From Euglena gracilis (Eukaryota), in assembly GCA_039621445.1 (NCBI GenBank), contig CP154954.1:48525847-48589846 (forward strand): 64,000 bases of DNA, read 5' to 3'. Position numbers and translations under genes: made by a program. The notes beneath the pieces were generated by a model. The model did no database searches and had not been told where the DNA came from. It was given only the letters and a program-made list of their open reading frames with translations. Positions 13,503-25,500 of this stretch are shown here, piece by piece (within the stretch, counting starts at the first letter, position 1; each line of letters opens with the position of its first letter).

Positions 13503-16500
13503 TTTTTTTTTTTTTTTTTTTTTTCTTTTTTGTTTTTGTTTTTTTTTTTTTTTTTTTCTTTTTTTTTTTTTCCTTTTTTTTTTTTTTTTTTTTGTTTTCT
13601 TTTGTGCTGGGCACGGGGGCTGGGACCCTTCTGCTGGCTGGGAGGCTGGCCGCGGGGCCAGCGGACGCCAGGGTCCGACCCCCACAGGCTCAGCGTCGCC
13701 CACCACGAGCGCCACGGGGACGGACAGCCAGACGGAGAGTGGCAGCGAGAGCGGCACAGCCTCCGCCACCCGCAGCGTGACCCTGGCAGCGACCAGCAGC
13801 GGGACGCCGACGGTGACGGGTAGCGCCACAGTCTCCCCGAGCCGCAGTGAGACGCGCACAGCGAGCGTCACGGAGGCCGGGCGCCTGCTGGCGGAGGCGA
13901 GGGTGGGGGGGGGGTGGCAAGGGGCGGGACCCGGTGACTGTGCCTGCTGCGGGTCACCCTCAAGGCAGGCGGTGTACACCTTTGGGGGCTCCAGTGGGTT
14001 GTCGGGCCCATCTGCTTGCCTGGGCAGCACCAGATAGGCCCGAAAGGACTGTGGAACCGGACTGAAACTTCTTTCCAACTTAATCTTGGGGTGCGTGAAT
14101 GACTGGTCAGGGGCTGAATGCGACGACAGTGCCCAACCGGTCACAGTTCTCCCGTCGGATGCCCTGCCCGGCAACGGCCCCAGTGAAGGGGTGTAGTCCA
14201 TAGAATGCTGGGTGGAACCGCGAACATTGGTATGGCCCAGCGAACTGCGACTCACGTGCGTCGACTGTGTGCCTCAGCCTCAGAAGATCATCCCCATGTA
14301 CTGTGTGGATTTGGGACCGAAAGACGCTCAGGACATGCACGCCACAAGCCAAAATCAGTGACGGTTGGCGAGACAGGCACGAGCTACGCGGTGTTTCCAC
14401 CAACGTCACCCTTCGCTCCAACAACGCCCTTCACAAAGTCCAAAGTGGCAAATGGGATCGCCGGAGTCATTGGGGTGTGTTCTTTTGGGGCCAAGGAAGG
14501 TTTCTCTGGAACATCCATATCCGATCCCATGCATCTCTGATTTTTCCCGACTTCTTTCTACCCATTTGGGTGGACGACACGGGCAGCCAGCCAGGGTCCG
14601 AGGGGGACAGGCAGCCCCACCCGCAGCGCAACGCCCACCAGAACCCCCACCCGCAGCAGCACCGAGAGCCGCACCCGCACCGCAGCCCGGCCTCCGCCGG
14701 CCCTGGGGGGCGCCTGTCCTCCACTGCCGGAGATACCAGGGGTGGAACTCCACCGGGTTAGGGGAGGGAGGGGGGGGGGCAGGTAGACAGTCGGCAAGGA
14801 GCGGCGTTGGGGCTGGGGGGCCTCCTGGGACTGGTTAGGCGGGGATGGGGGCTTTTGTGCTGGGCACGGGGGCTGGGACCCTTCTGCTGGCTGGGAGGCT
14901 GGCCGCGGGGCCAGCGGACGCCAGGGTCCGACCCCCACAGGCTCAGCGTCGCCCACCACGAGCGCCACGGGGACGGACAGCCAGACGGAGAGTGGCAGCG
15001 AGAGCGGCACAGCCTCCGCCACCCGCAGCGTGACCCTGGCAGCGACCAGCAGCGGGACGCCGACGGTGACGGGTAGCGCCACAGTCTCCCCGAGCCGCAG
15101 TGAGACGCGCACAGCGAGCGTCACGGAGGCCGGGCGCCTGCTGGCGGAGGCGAGGGTGGGGGTGGCAAGGGGCGGGACCCGGTGACTGTGCCTGCTGCGG
15201 GTCACCCTCAAGGCAGGCGGTGTACACCTTTGGGGGCTCCAGTGGGTTGTCGGGCCCATCTGCTTGCCTGGGCAGCACCAGATAGGCCCGAAAGGACTGT
15301 GGAACCGGACTGAAACTTCTTTCCAACTTCATCTTGGGGTGCGTGAATGACTGGTCAGGGGCTGAATGCGACGACAGTGCCCAACCGGTCACAGTTCTCC
15401 CGTCGGATGCCCTGCCCGGCAACGGCCCCAGTGAAGGGGTGTAGTCCATAGAATGCTGGGTGGAACCGCGAACATTGGTATGGCCCAGCGAACTGCGACT
15501 CACGTGCGTCGACTGTGTGCCTCAGCCTCAGAAGGTCATCCCCCATGTACTGTGTGGATTTGGGACCGAAAGACGCTCAGGACATGCACGCCACAAGCCA
15601 AAATCAGTGACCGGTTGGCGAGACAGGCACGAGCTACGCGGTGTTTCCACCAACGTCACCCTTCGCTCCAACAACGCCCTTCACAAAGTCCAAAGTGGCA
15701 AATGGGATCGCCGGAGTCATTGGGGTGTGTTCTTTTGGGGCCAAGGAAGGTTTCTCTGGAACATCCATATCCGATCCCATGCATCTCTGATTTTTCCCGA
15801 CTTCTTTCTACCCATTTGGGTGGACGACACGGGCAGCCAGCCAGGGTCCGAGGGGGACAGGCAGCCCCACCCGCAGCGCAACGCCCACCAGAACCCCCAC
15901 CCGCAGCAGCACCGAGAGCCGCACCCGCACCGCAGCCCGGCCTCCGCCGGCCCTGGGGGGCGCCTGTCCTCCACTGCCGGAGATACCAGGGGTGGAACTC
16001 CACCGGGTTAGGGGAGGGAGGGGGGGGGGCAGGTAGACAGTCGGCAAGGAGCGGCGTTGGGGCTGGGGGGCCTCCTGGGACCGGTTAGGCGGGGATGGGG
16101 GCTTTTGTGCTGGGCACGGGGGCTGGGACCCTTCTGCTGGCTAGGAGGCCGCGGGGCCAGCGGACGCCAGGGTCCGACCCCCACAGGCTCAGCGTCGCCC
16201 ACCACGAGCGCCACGGGGACGGACAGCCAGACGGAGAGTGGCAGCGAGAGCGGCACAGCCTCCGCCACCCGCAGCGTGACCCTGGCAGCGACCAGCAGCG
16301 GGACGCCGACGGTGACGGGTAGCGCCACAGTCTCCTCGAGCCGCAGTGAGACGCGCACAGCGAGCGTCACGGAGGCCGGGCGCCTGCTGGCGGAGGCGAG
16401 GGTGGGGGTGGCAAGGGGCGGGACCCGGTGACTGTGCCTGCTGCGGGTCACCCTCAAGGCAGGCGGTGTACACCTTTGGGGGCTCCAGTCGACGCAATTG

Positions 16501-19500
16501 CAATTGCAATTCTATTCTATTGCAAGGCTGTGTTCGTAGCAACATGGCTTTGGTCAAAATATGTGTTTCCAAAAAAACGCAGACTCTGACCTGAGTCCGT
16601 GTTTCGAAACGCTGAGTCTGTTTCTTCGTTTTGAAACGCAGACTCAGGTCAGAGTGCGTTTGAGACACAGTTCTTGACATAGAGATTGTTTCTTTCAAAA
16701 TGGAAGAAAAAAGCATCCCGGAAAAAAAGAGACAAAAGGCTGGTCGACATTAACGGATTTCAGACTGAAACTTACAATGTCGCAAAACGGAACAAAAAGG
16801 CATTCAAAAAAAAGGAAACAAAAGGTCGGTCGACTTCCAAGACATCGGAATCCGTTTATGTCAGTCGATTTCCATTCAGGCCCCCTTTTATTTCAGTCGA
16901 TTTCCATTCAGGCGCCCGTTGACGGGCCAAAAGCCCCTTTTATGACCATATTTCTGTCCAGGCGGTTCGGTCGAATGAATATCAAGACAGGCGTCGGGCC
17001 CAGACAAAATAGGTTTTATAAAAATCGACCGACACTGACAGATTCAGCAGGGGTGCCGGGCGGCTCGGTTCGCTCGCTCGCGCCCGGCGCCCCTGCTGAA
17101 TCTGTTAGTGTCGGTCGATTTTTGTGTTAAAACCTATTTTCTGGGCCCGACGCCTGTCTTGAAATTCTACTGACATTAACGGATTTCAGGCCGAAATTGT
17201 TTATGTCAGTCGATTTCCATTCAGGCGCCCGTTTATGTCGCTCGATTTCCATTCAGGCGCCCGGTTATGTCAGTCGATTTCCATTCCATTAAAATATGTT
17301 GCTGGTCAGATTGGGAATTTTTATTGACTTTTTGGACATTTTGGATTTCCCTTTTTTTCGACATTTTTGATCCTATGGGGTTCTGGAGGCGTCATGGACC
17401 AGACAAAAACCAAATTTTGCGGTCAGGTGATCACAGCTGGCGGAACTTTGGATGGAACTTAAGATTATCTGAAACTTCAGAAAAAGCATTCGGCAAATTT
17501 GGGCCAATTCATTTGTCATCGCTGGTCGTCTGAAAGATAAGCTTTCGGGTGAGGGGTGATTTGGCAATGTTAAAACCCATTCTGGGCTCGATGCCTGTAT
17601 TGCAATTCTATTGGGCTCTGGGCGGTAGACTTGGGGGGGGTAGTGGGTGGTCGGCCGACTAGTCGGCCGACCACCCAACTGGTCGGCCGACTAGGCCTGG
17701 TCGGCAGCTAGCAGGGATTGTCAAAAAGCGATTTAAATCAGGTAATTTTGGACACCCAATTTAAATCCCTCACGAATTTTCGACAAACGTCGAAAAATGT
17801 CGATTATTATCCGCCAGAGCTCGCGATTTTGAATTAGGATCTTACCAGACGGTGGTGGGGCGAACCGAATCCACCGACCAGTGGCGCAGCCTTGGTCGAC
17901 CACCGACCAGTGGCGCAGCAACGCTTCTGGGGGCAGCAGTGTGCCGCGGCTCGCCAACAGAAACTGCTGAACAACCTTGTGGGAGGCGACAAGCTGAAGT
18001 TCCAATGTCAAGCGAAGCCTCATGCCATGGCACGGGCGTCAGTGATGCCGTCCGCTGGCACAAGGACCCTCATCCCCACGAGGGAATTCCAGGCCCTGGT
18101 TCAGTGGTCATTGGGTGCCACGGTCGTGACGCCCACAGAGGGGTCACCCGGCTGCCCCAGGTGCCACAACCCGCTGGATGTAAGAGGACACCACCACGTC
18201 TGTTGCCAGCTGGCCAATTAGGGGGGGGTTACTCATTTCAAGGGAAAATGTCTTTATTTGGGTGTTTTAGGGGGTTCGCGACTGTAAAGGACGGGGTCCA
18301 GGTGGCCAATTGGGGGGGGGGGTAGGGGTAACCCCCCCCCCCTAATTGCCCCCCCCCCAATTGGCCAGAAGGGGGTCCGGATCTGGCCTGGGGGGGGGTA
18401 GTGGGGGTCGACCATGGTCGACCCACGGTCGCCTCGGTCGCCCTCGGTCGCTCTCGGTCGGGGGGGGGGGGGGGGAGTGGGGGGGGACGACCGAGGCGAC
18501 CCTGGGGGTCGACCGAGGGCGACCATGGTCGACCCCCACCCCACGACAGGAAACCCCCCCCTTTTGAAGGGCGACCATGGTCGACCCCCACCCCACGACG
18601 GGAAACCCCCCCTTTTGAAGGGCGACCATGCTCACCCCCACCCCACGACGGGAACCCCCCCCCCTCTGGTCGGGGGGCGACCATGGTCGACCCCCACCCT
18701 TGTGTTGCCCACCCGTTTTGGGGGGCAAATCCCTTTTGTTGCCCAACTGATTTGCGGGGCAAATCCCTTTTGTTGCCCAACTGTTCGAGGGCCCCAAAAT
18801 AACAAAATCCCTTGTGTTACCCAACTGATTTGGGGGGCAAATCCCTTTTGTTGCCCAACTGTTCGAGGGCCCCAAAATAACAAAATCCCTTGTGTTACCC
18901 ACCCGTTTTGGGGGGCAAATCCCTTTTGTTGCCCAACTGTTCGAGTGACCCTGCAACACCCTTTTGTTGCGTATCTGTTCGAGGGCCCCAAAATAACAAA
19001 ATCCCTTGTGTTACCCACCCGTTTTGGGGGGCAAATCCCTTTTGTTGCCCAACTGTTCGAGGGCCCCAAAATAACAAAATCCCTTGTGTTACCCACCCGT
19101 TTTGGGGGGCAAATCCCTTTTGTTGCCCAACTGTTCGAGGGCCCCAAAATAACAAAATCCCTTGTGTTACCCACCCGTTTTGGGGGGCAATCCCTTTTGT
19201 TGCCCAACTGTTCGAGGGCCCCAAAATAACAAAATCCCTTGTGTTACCCACCCGTTTTGGGGGGCAAATCCCTTTTGTTGCCCAACTGATTTGGGGGGCC
19301 AAAACCTTTTGTTGCCCAACTGTTCGAGGGCCCCAAAATAACAAAATCCCTTGTGTTACCCACCCGTTTTGGGGGCAAATCCCTTTTGTTGCCCAACTGA
19401 TTTGGGGGGCAAATCCCTTTTGTTGCCCAACTGTTCGAGGGCCCCAAAATAACAAAATCCCTTGTGTTACCCACCCGTTTTGGGGGGCAAATCCCTTTTG

Positions 19501-22500
19501 TTGCCCAACTGATTTGGGGGGCAAATCCCTTTTGTTGCCCAACTGTTCGAGGGCCCCAAAATAACAAAATCCCTTGTGTTACCCACCCGTTTTGGGGGGC
19601 AAATCCCTTTTGTTGCCCAACTGTTCGAGGGCCCCAAAATAACAAAATCCCTTGTGTTACCCACCCGTTTTGGGGGGCAAATCCCTTTTGTTGCCCAACT
19701 GTTCGAGGGCCCCAAAATAACAAAATCCCTTGTGTTACCCACCCGTTTTGGGGGGCAAATCCCTTTTGTTGCCCAACTGATTTGGGGGGCAAATCCCTTT
19801 TGTTGCTCAACTGTTCGAGGGCCCCAAAATAACACAATCCCTTGTGTTGCCCACCCGTTTTGGGGGGCAAATCCCTTTTGTTGCCCAACTGATTTGGGGG
19901 GCAAATCCCTTTTGTTGCCCAACTGTTCGAGGGCCCCAAAATAACAAAATCCCTTGTGTTACCCACCCGTTTTGGGGGGCAAATCCCTTTTGCTGCCCAA
20001 CTGTTCGAGGGCCCCAAAATAACAAAATCCCTTGTGTTACCCACCCGTTTTGGGGGGCAAATCCCTTTTGTTGCCCAACTGATTTGCGGGGCAAATCCCT
20101 TTTGTTGCCCAACTGTTCGAGGGCCCCAAAATAACAAAATCCCTTGTGTTGCCCACCCGTTTTGGGGGGCAAATCCCTTTTGCTGCCCAACTGTTCGAGG
20201 GCCCCAAAATAACAAAATCCCTTGTGTTACCCACCCGTTTTGGGGGGCAAATCCCTTTTGTTGCCCAACTGTTCGAGGGCCCCAAAATAACAAAATCCCT
20301 TGTGTTACCCACCCGTTTTGGGTGGGCAAATCCCTGGGTTGTCGGGCCCATCTGCTTGCCTGGGCAGCACCAGATAGGCCCGAAAGGACTGTGGAACCGG
20401 ACTGAAACTTCTTTCCAACTTCATCTTGGGGTGCGTGAATGACTGGTCAGGGGCTGAATGCGACGACAGTGCCCAACCGGTCACAGTTCTCCCGTCGGAT
20501 GCCCTGCCCGGCAACGGCCCCAGTGAAGGGGTGTAGTCCATAGAATGCTGGGTGGAACCGCGAACATTGGTATGGCCCAGCGAACTGCGACTCACGTGCG
20601 TCGACTGTGTGCCTCAGCCTCAGAAGGTCATCCCCCATGTACTGTGTGGATTTGGGACCGAAAGACGCTCAGGACATGCACGCCACAAGCCAAAATCAGT
20701 GACCGGTTGGCGAGACAGGCACGAGCTACGCGGTGTTTCCACCAACGTCACCCTTCGCTCCAACAACGCCCTTCACAAAGTCCAAAGTGGCAAATGGGAT
20801 CGCCGGAGTCATTGGGGTGTGTTCTTTTGGGGCCAAGGAAGGTTTCTCTGGAACATCCATATCCGATCCCATGCGTCTCTGATTTTCCCCGACTTCTTTC
20901 TACCCATTTGGGTGGACGACACGGGCAGCCAGCCAGGGTCCGAGGGGGACAGGCAGCCCCACCCGCAGCGCAACGCCCACCAGAACCCCCACCCGCAGCA
21001 GCACCGAGAGCCGCACCCGCACCGCAGCCCGGCCTCCGCCGGCCCTGGGGTGCGCCTGTCCTCCACTGCCGGAGATACCAGGGGTGGAACTCCACCGGGT
21101 TAGGGGAGGGAGGGGGGGGGGCAGGTAGACAGTCGGCAAGGAGCGGCGTTGGGGCTGGGGGGCCTCCTGGGACCGGTTAGGCGGGGATGGGGGCTTTTGT
21201 GCTGGGCACGGGGGCTGGGACCCTTCTGCTGGCTGGGAGGCTGGCCGCGGGGCCAGCGGACGCCAGGGTCCGACCCCCACAGGCTCAGCGTCGCCCACCA
21301 CGAGCGCCACGGGGACGGACAGCCAGACGGAGAGTGGCAGCGAGAGCGGCACAGCCTCCGCCACCCGCAGCGTGACCCTGGCAGCGACCAGCAGTGGGAC
21401 GCCGACGGTGACGGGTAGCGCCACAGTCTCCCCGAGCCGCAGTGAGACACGTACGACGAGCGTCACGGAGGCCGGGCGCCTGCTGGCGGAGGCAAGTTTC
21501 CCTGGACCCAAGCAGTGCTAACATGGCCCCGAATTGGGCAATTTGGGTCGTCAATAAGATTTTTTTTTGCATAATTTGCAGTTTTTTTTTGACGTTGTTC
21601 GATCGTTAGTCAGGACCATCTCCAGCCCGGAAGAGCCAGCAGCCTTTCTCAGCCAGTCCAAGGGGGTCCAGCCTCTGTGCTGTACACCCTTGGCGGGGGT
21701 CATTAAAAAACCACCCTGGGCCGAACTGCGGGTGTGGGCGGCAAGACACGGGACCGAAAGGATTGTGGATGGAAACTGGACCAGACTCCGTTGTTTTTTT
21801 TGCCAACAGGCAAAACGGGGCCTTGAATGGCTGGTCAATGCGACCACAGTGTCCAGGCAGCAGCGGTTCTTCTGACTGACACCATCCCCGGCAAGGGCCC
21901 CGGTGAGGGGGTGGGATACAGGCAGGCTGTGTACAACCGTGAACATCGCTGTGTTCCCAATAATTGCACCCTGCATAGCTACCGGGTTCAATTTTGCACA
22001 ACAGCCTCGAAAGTTAATCCTCCATGGAACGTGTGGATTGAGAACGAAAGATGCACTACCACCTTTCCACTCATATGGGTCGGTGGGCAAATGGCGGTGA
22101 TGGGCAGCCGGCAGCCCCAGCTGGGGTCCGAGGGGGACAGGCAGCCCCACCCGCAGCGCAACGCCCACCAGAACCCCCACCCGCAGCAGCACCGAGAGCC
22201 ACACCCGCACCGCAACCCGGCCTCCGCCGGCCCTGGGGATACCCGGCCCCCACTGCCGGAGATCGTTGGGGATGATGGGCATTTGGTGGGAGGGAGGTGA
22301 GGCCGGTGCAGGCGAGAAGGGGCCGTTGCGGGGCACAGGGGCTGGGAGGCTGGCAGCGGAGCGGGGCTGCTGGCCGCGGACGCCGGGGTCCGACCCCCAC
22401 AGGGTCGGCATCGCCCACCAAGAGTGCAACGGGGACGGGCAGCCAGACGGAGACCGGCAGTGAGAGCGGCACGGGCAGGCGCCTGTTGCGGAAAACGGCC

Positions 22501-25500
22501 TAAAATGTTCTAAGAGGGCTCAAAATGGCCTATGGGGGCCTAAAATGGCCTAAAACAAAACTTTTGAAAAAATTGTGAGTCATAGTTATATGCCTTTGCC
22601 ATCCATGAAGGTTCAAGGGTTGTAGCACATTGCAAGCATAGCAGGCCTTCCGGCGGATGACCCAGCTTAAATCAGCCCCAAATGGCCTGAAGTGGCCGAA
22701 CCCGATCGTCATTGATTCCTCCACTTCAGATTGCAAAGTCTGCATCTGAAGTGGAGTTTGCAAAGTCTGCACTCTTTTGACTTATTTGTATGGCCAGGGT
22801 TCAAAAACCTGTTCCTCAAAATCCACAATCCTTTCTCCTCACCAACAAGAAGTCAGAATCACTTCATCCTCAATGACTGGGAATCTGGTGTGGTGGGGAT
22901 CCCTGGCTCTTGGTTCTGGAAAAAACACCCAGGAAGGGGAGTGCAAATTGTGGGACTTGAATAAGACAGGCCGCAATGTGGAACACAGGCCGCAATTTCG
23001 TTCTTCATTTTCCACGTCTTTCAAGAATTCTTTTCAGGACTTTTCCCGCTGGAATTCAAGAAAACCAGTACCCTCTGGTGAACATTTGAAGTTTCTTCTG
23101 CATTTTGCACTGGTTCCTTGATGTGGAATTGTTTCGTTACAATAAAGAGTTCCGTGTGTTCTGATTGCACTGATCTCTTTGATGCTTTTTTTTAAGTGAT
23201 TCAATTTTTTTTACCGTTGGAGCTGATAAATCCCAGGTTTGGTTCTGGTGCCATTGGATTTCCTTAAAAGGATTCGGTATTGGTTGTTTTGCATCCATCC
23301 CTCTCATTTTCATTAATTTGCCTGACAGAAGGAACAGAAAAATCCTCCCATTCAGAATTCCCCTTGGCGAAAAATGTGATCGCAGAGGGAAGTAAGGTTT
23401 GATTGAAGCTCACCAGGAATTTCAGTGAATTTTTGTACAAATTATCGAAGTTTTCTGCACCAATATCAGTGCACTATTTTCCTTTGCTTTTTGGAGTGTT
23501 TGGAGTAATCTCCAAAAACTCCAGAGTTAAGCTTTAAACAGTTGAAATTTTCAATTTTAAGTGAACGAGGAATTGGTATGACTTCTGTTGAAATGTGTGA
23601 TTCTCTTAGGTGTTCTGTCCAGAAATCCCCCCGGCATTTCAAACGTTTGTCCATTATATTTCGCCCGGCAAAGTTTCTTCCCACAGTAAATGCCTTCGGA
23701 ATTCTCCTCACATAAGTGTGATTGTTGAGGGGACATTTTCAGCTTTGCAGAGATTCCCCAGGGTTTGTTCATTTTACATCATCATCATTATCATCATTTT
23801 TCTTGCCATGCATTCTTTGAATTATCCAAGAACTGTGTGCCACACAATTCAGTTTAGTTCGGAAATTGAGCTGTTCTGGACCCCCACCTGTGGGCGATAA
23901 TGGCCTAAAGGGTAAATGGCCTTAAATGAATTTAATGGGCAAATGTTTTGGGCTGGACCACAGGTGCCTGGGCACGGCCTCCACCACCCGCAGCGTGACC
24001 CTGGCAGCGACCAGCAGCGGGACGCCGACGGTGACGGGTAGCGCCACAGTCTCCCCGAGCCGCAGTGAGACGTGCACGACGAGCGCCACGGAGGCCGGGC
24101 GCCTGCTGGCGGAGGCGAGGGTGGGGGTGGCAAGGGCTGGGGCCCGGTGACTGTGGCCGCTTCGGCTCACCCTCAAGAGGGGGGGTTGGTTTGGGATTCC
24201 TGTCCTTGTCGGTCCCTGAGCCCAACCAGGGCGTATCTTAAAAAATTTTGAACTCACCATCCAGGGGACCAGCCAGCCAGCAGCCTTTTTCCAGCTCCGG
24301 ACCCCCCTCCCCCACATCGAGTTTTTATTTGTTTCCAGCCACCCTAAGGGGGATGGAAAGTAACGGATTCTTTGCTTTCCGGGGGTGCAAAAAAATGGGC
24401 CGAAAATGACCAAAAACACGGGCCTGAACAGGGCTGGCAGGACAACTTTGGGTCAAACAGCAATTGTTTTTGCAAAATTTTCAGTTGTTTGGACATTTTT
24501 GCAGTTTCGATTTTGGGTAAACGGTTTGACCCTCAGTTGGGCTCATCTCCAGCCTGGGACCCCTGGGTTGGGGTGGGGTGTCAGCCGGCAGCCGTTTTCC
24601 TGTATGCCTCTGGGTTCAATTTTGCACAACAGCCTCGAAAGTTAATCCTCCATGGAACGTGTGGATCAGGGCCGAAAGACTATCACCTTTCCACTCATAT
24701 GGGTCGGTGGGCAACTGGCGTATGGGCAGCCGGCAGCCCCAGCTGGGGTCCGAGGGGGACAGGCAGCCCCACCCGCAGCGCAACGCCCACCAGAACCCCC
24801 ACCCGCAGCAGCACCGAGAGCCACACCCGCACCGCAACCCGGCCTCCGCCGGCCCTGGGGATACCCGGCCCCCACCACCAGAGATCGTTGGGGATGATGG
24901 GCATTTGGTGGGAGGGAGGTGAGGCCGGTGCAGGCGAGAAGGGGGCCGTTGCGGGGCACAGGGGCTGGGAGGCTGGCAGCGGAGCGGGGCTGCTGGCCGC
25001 GGACGCCGGGGTCCGACCCCCACAGGGTCGGCATCGCCCACCAAGAGTGCAACGGGGACGGGCAGCCAGACGGAGACCGGCAGTGAGAGCGGCACGGGCA
25101 GGCGCCTGTTGCGGAAAACGGCCTAAAATGTTCTAAGAGGACTCAATATGGCCTATGAGGGCCTAAAATGGCCTAAAACAAAACTTTTGAAAGAAATGGT
25201 GAGTCATAGTTATATGCCTTTGCCATCCATGAAGGTTCAAGGGTTGTAGCACATTGCAAGCATAGCAGGCCTTCCGGTGGATGACCCAGCTTAAATCAGC
25301 CCCAAATGGCCTGAAGTGGCCGAACCCGATCGTCATTGATTCCTCCACTTCAGATTGCAAAGTCCTCTTTTGACTTATTTGTATGGCCAGGGTTCAAAAT
25401 CCCGTTCCTCAAAATCCACAATCCTTTCTCCTCACCAACAAGAAGTCAGAATCACTTCATCCTCAATGAATTCTGGTGTGGTGGGGATCCCTGGCTCTTG

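Larger units (their letters stand above)
16490..20334. mobile_element. Composite ~3.8-kb insertion in one B-A intron
   Basis: The unit sequence ggctccagt|gggttgtcggg is split and resumes at 20335-20336. No clear TSD. Contains a palindrome, a retroelement fragment, a MITE and a minisatellite. Confidence 0.85.
1..21493 (+). repeat. Tandem array of ~1.25-kb near-identical units (14 units, interrupted by a 3.8-kb insertion at 16490-20334); three diverged units follow to ~28440
   Basis: The same blocks recur with a ~1253-1260 bp period. Exon A starts at about 733, 1986, 3244, 4500, 5744, 6997, 8257, 9513, 10770, 12012, 13224, 14606, 15856, 20948, with diverged copies at about 22136, 24758, 27801. 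Confidence 0.98.

Noticed and set aside
13470-13603. Poly-T tract (poly-Phe/Lys ORFs)
   Set aside because: Replaces a 4-T run of sister units; probably a long-read consensus artefact.
18700-20334. CRISPR-like periodic array
   Set aside because: The segments between repeats are identical rather than unique spacers, there are no cas genes, and the context is eukaryotic; it is a minisatellite.
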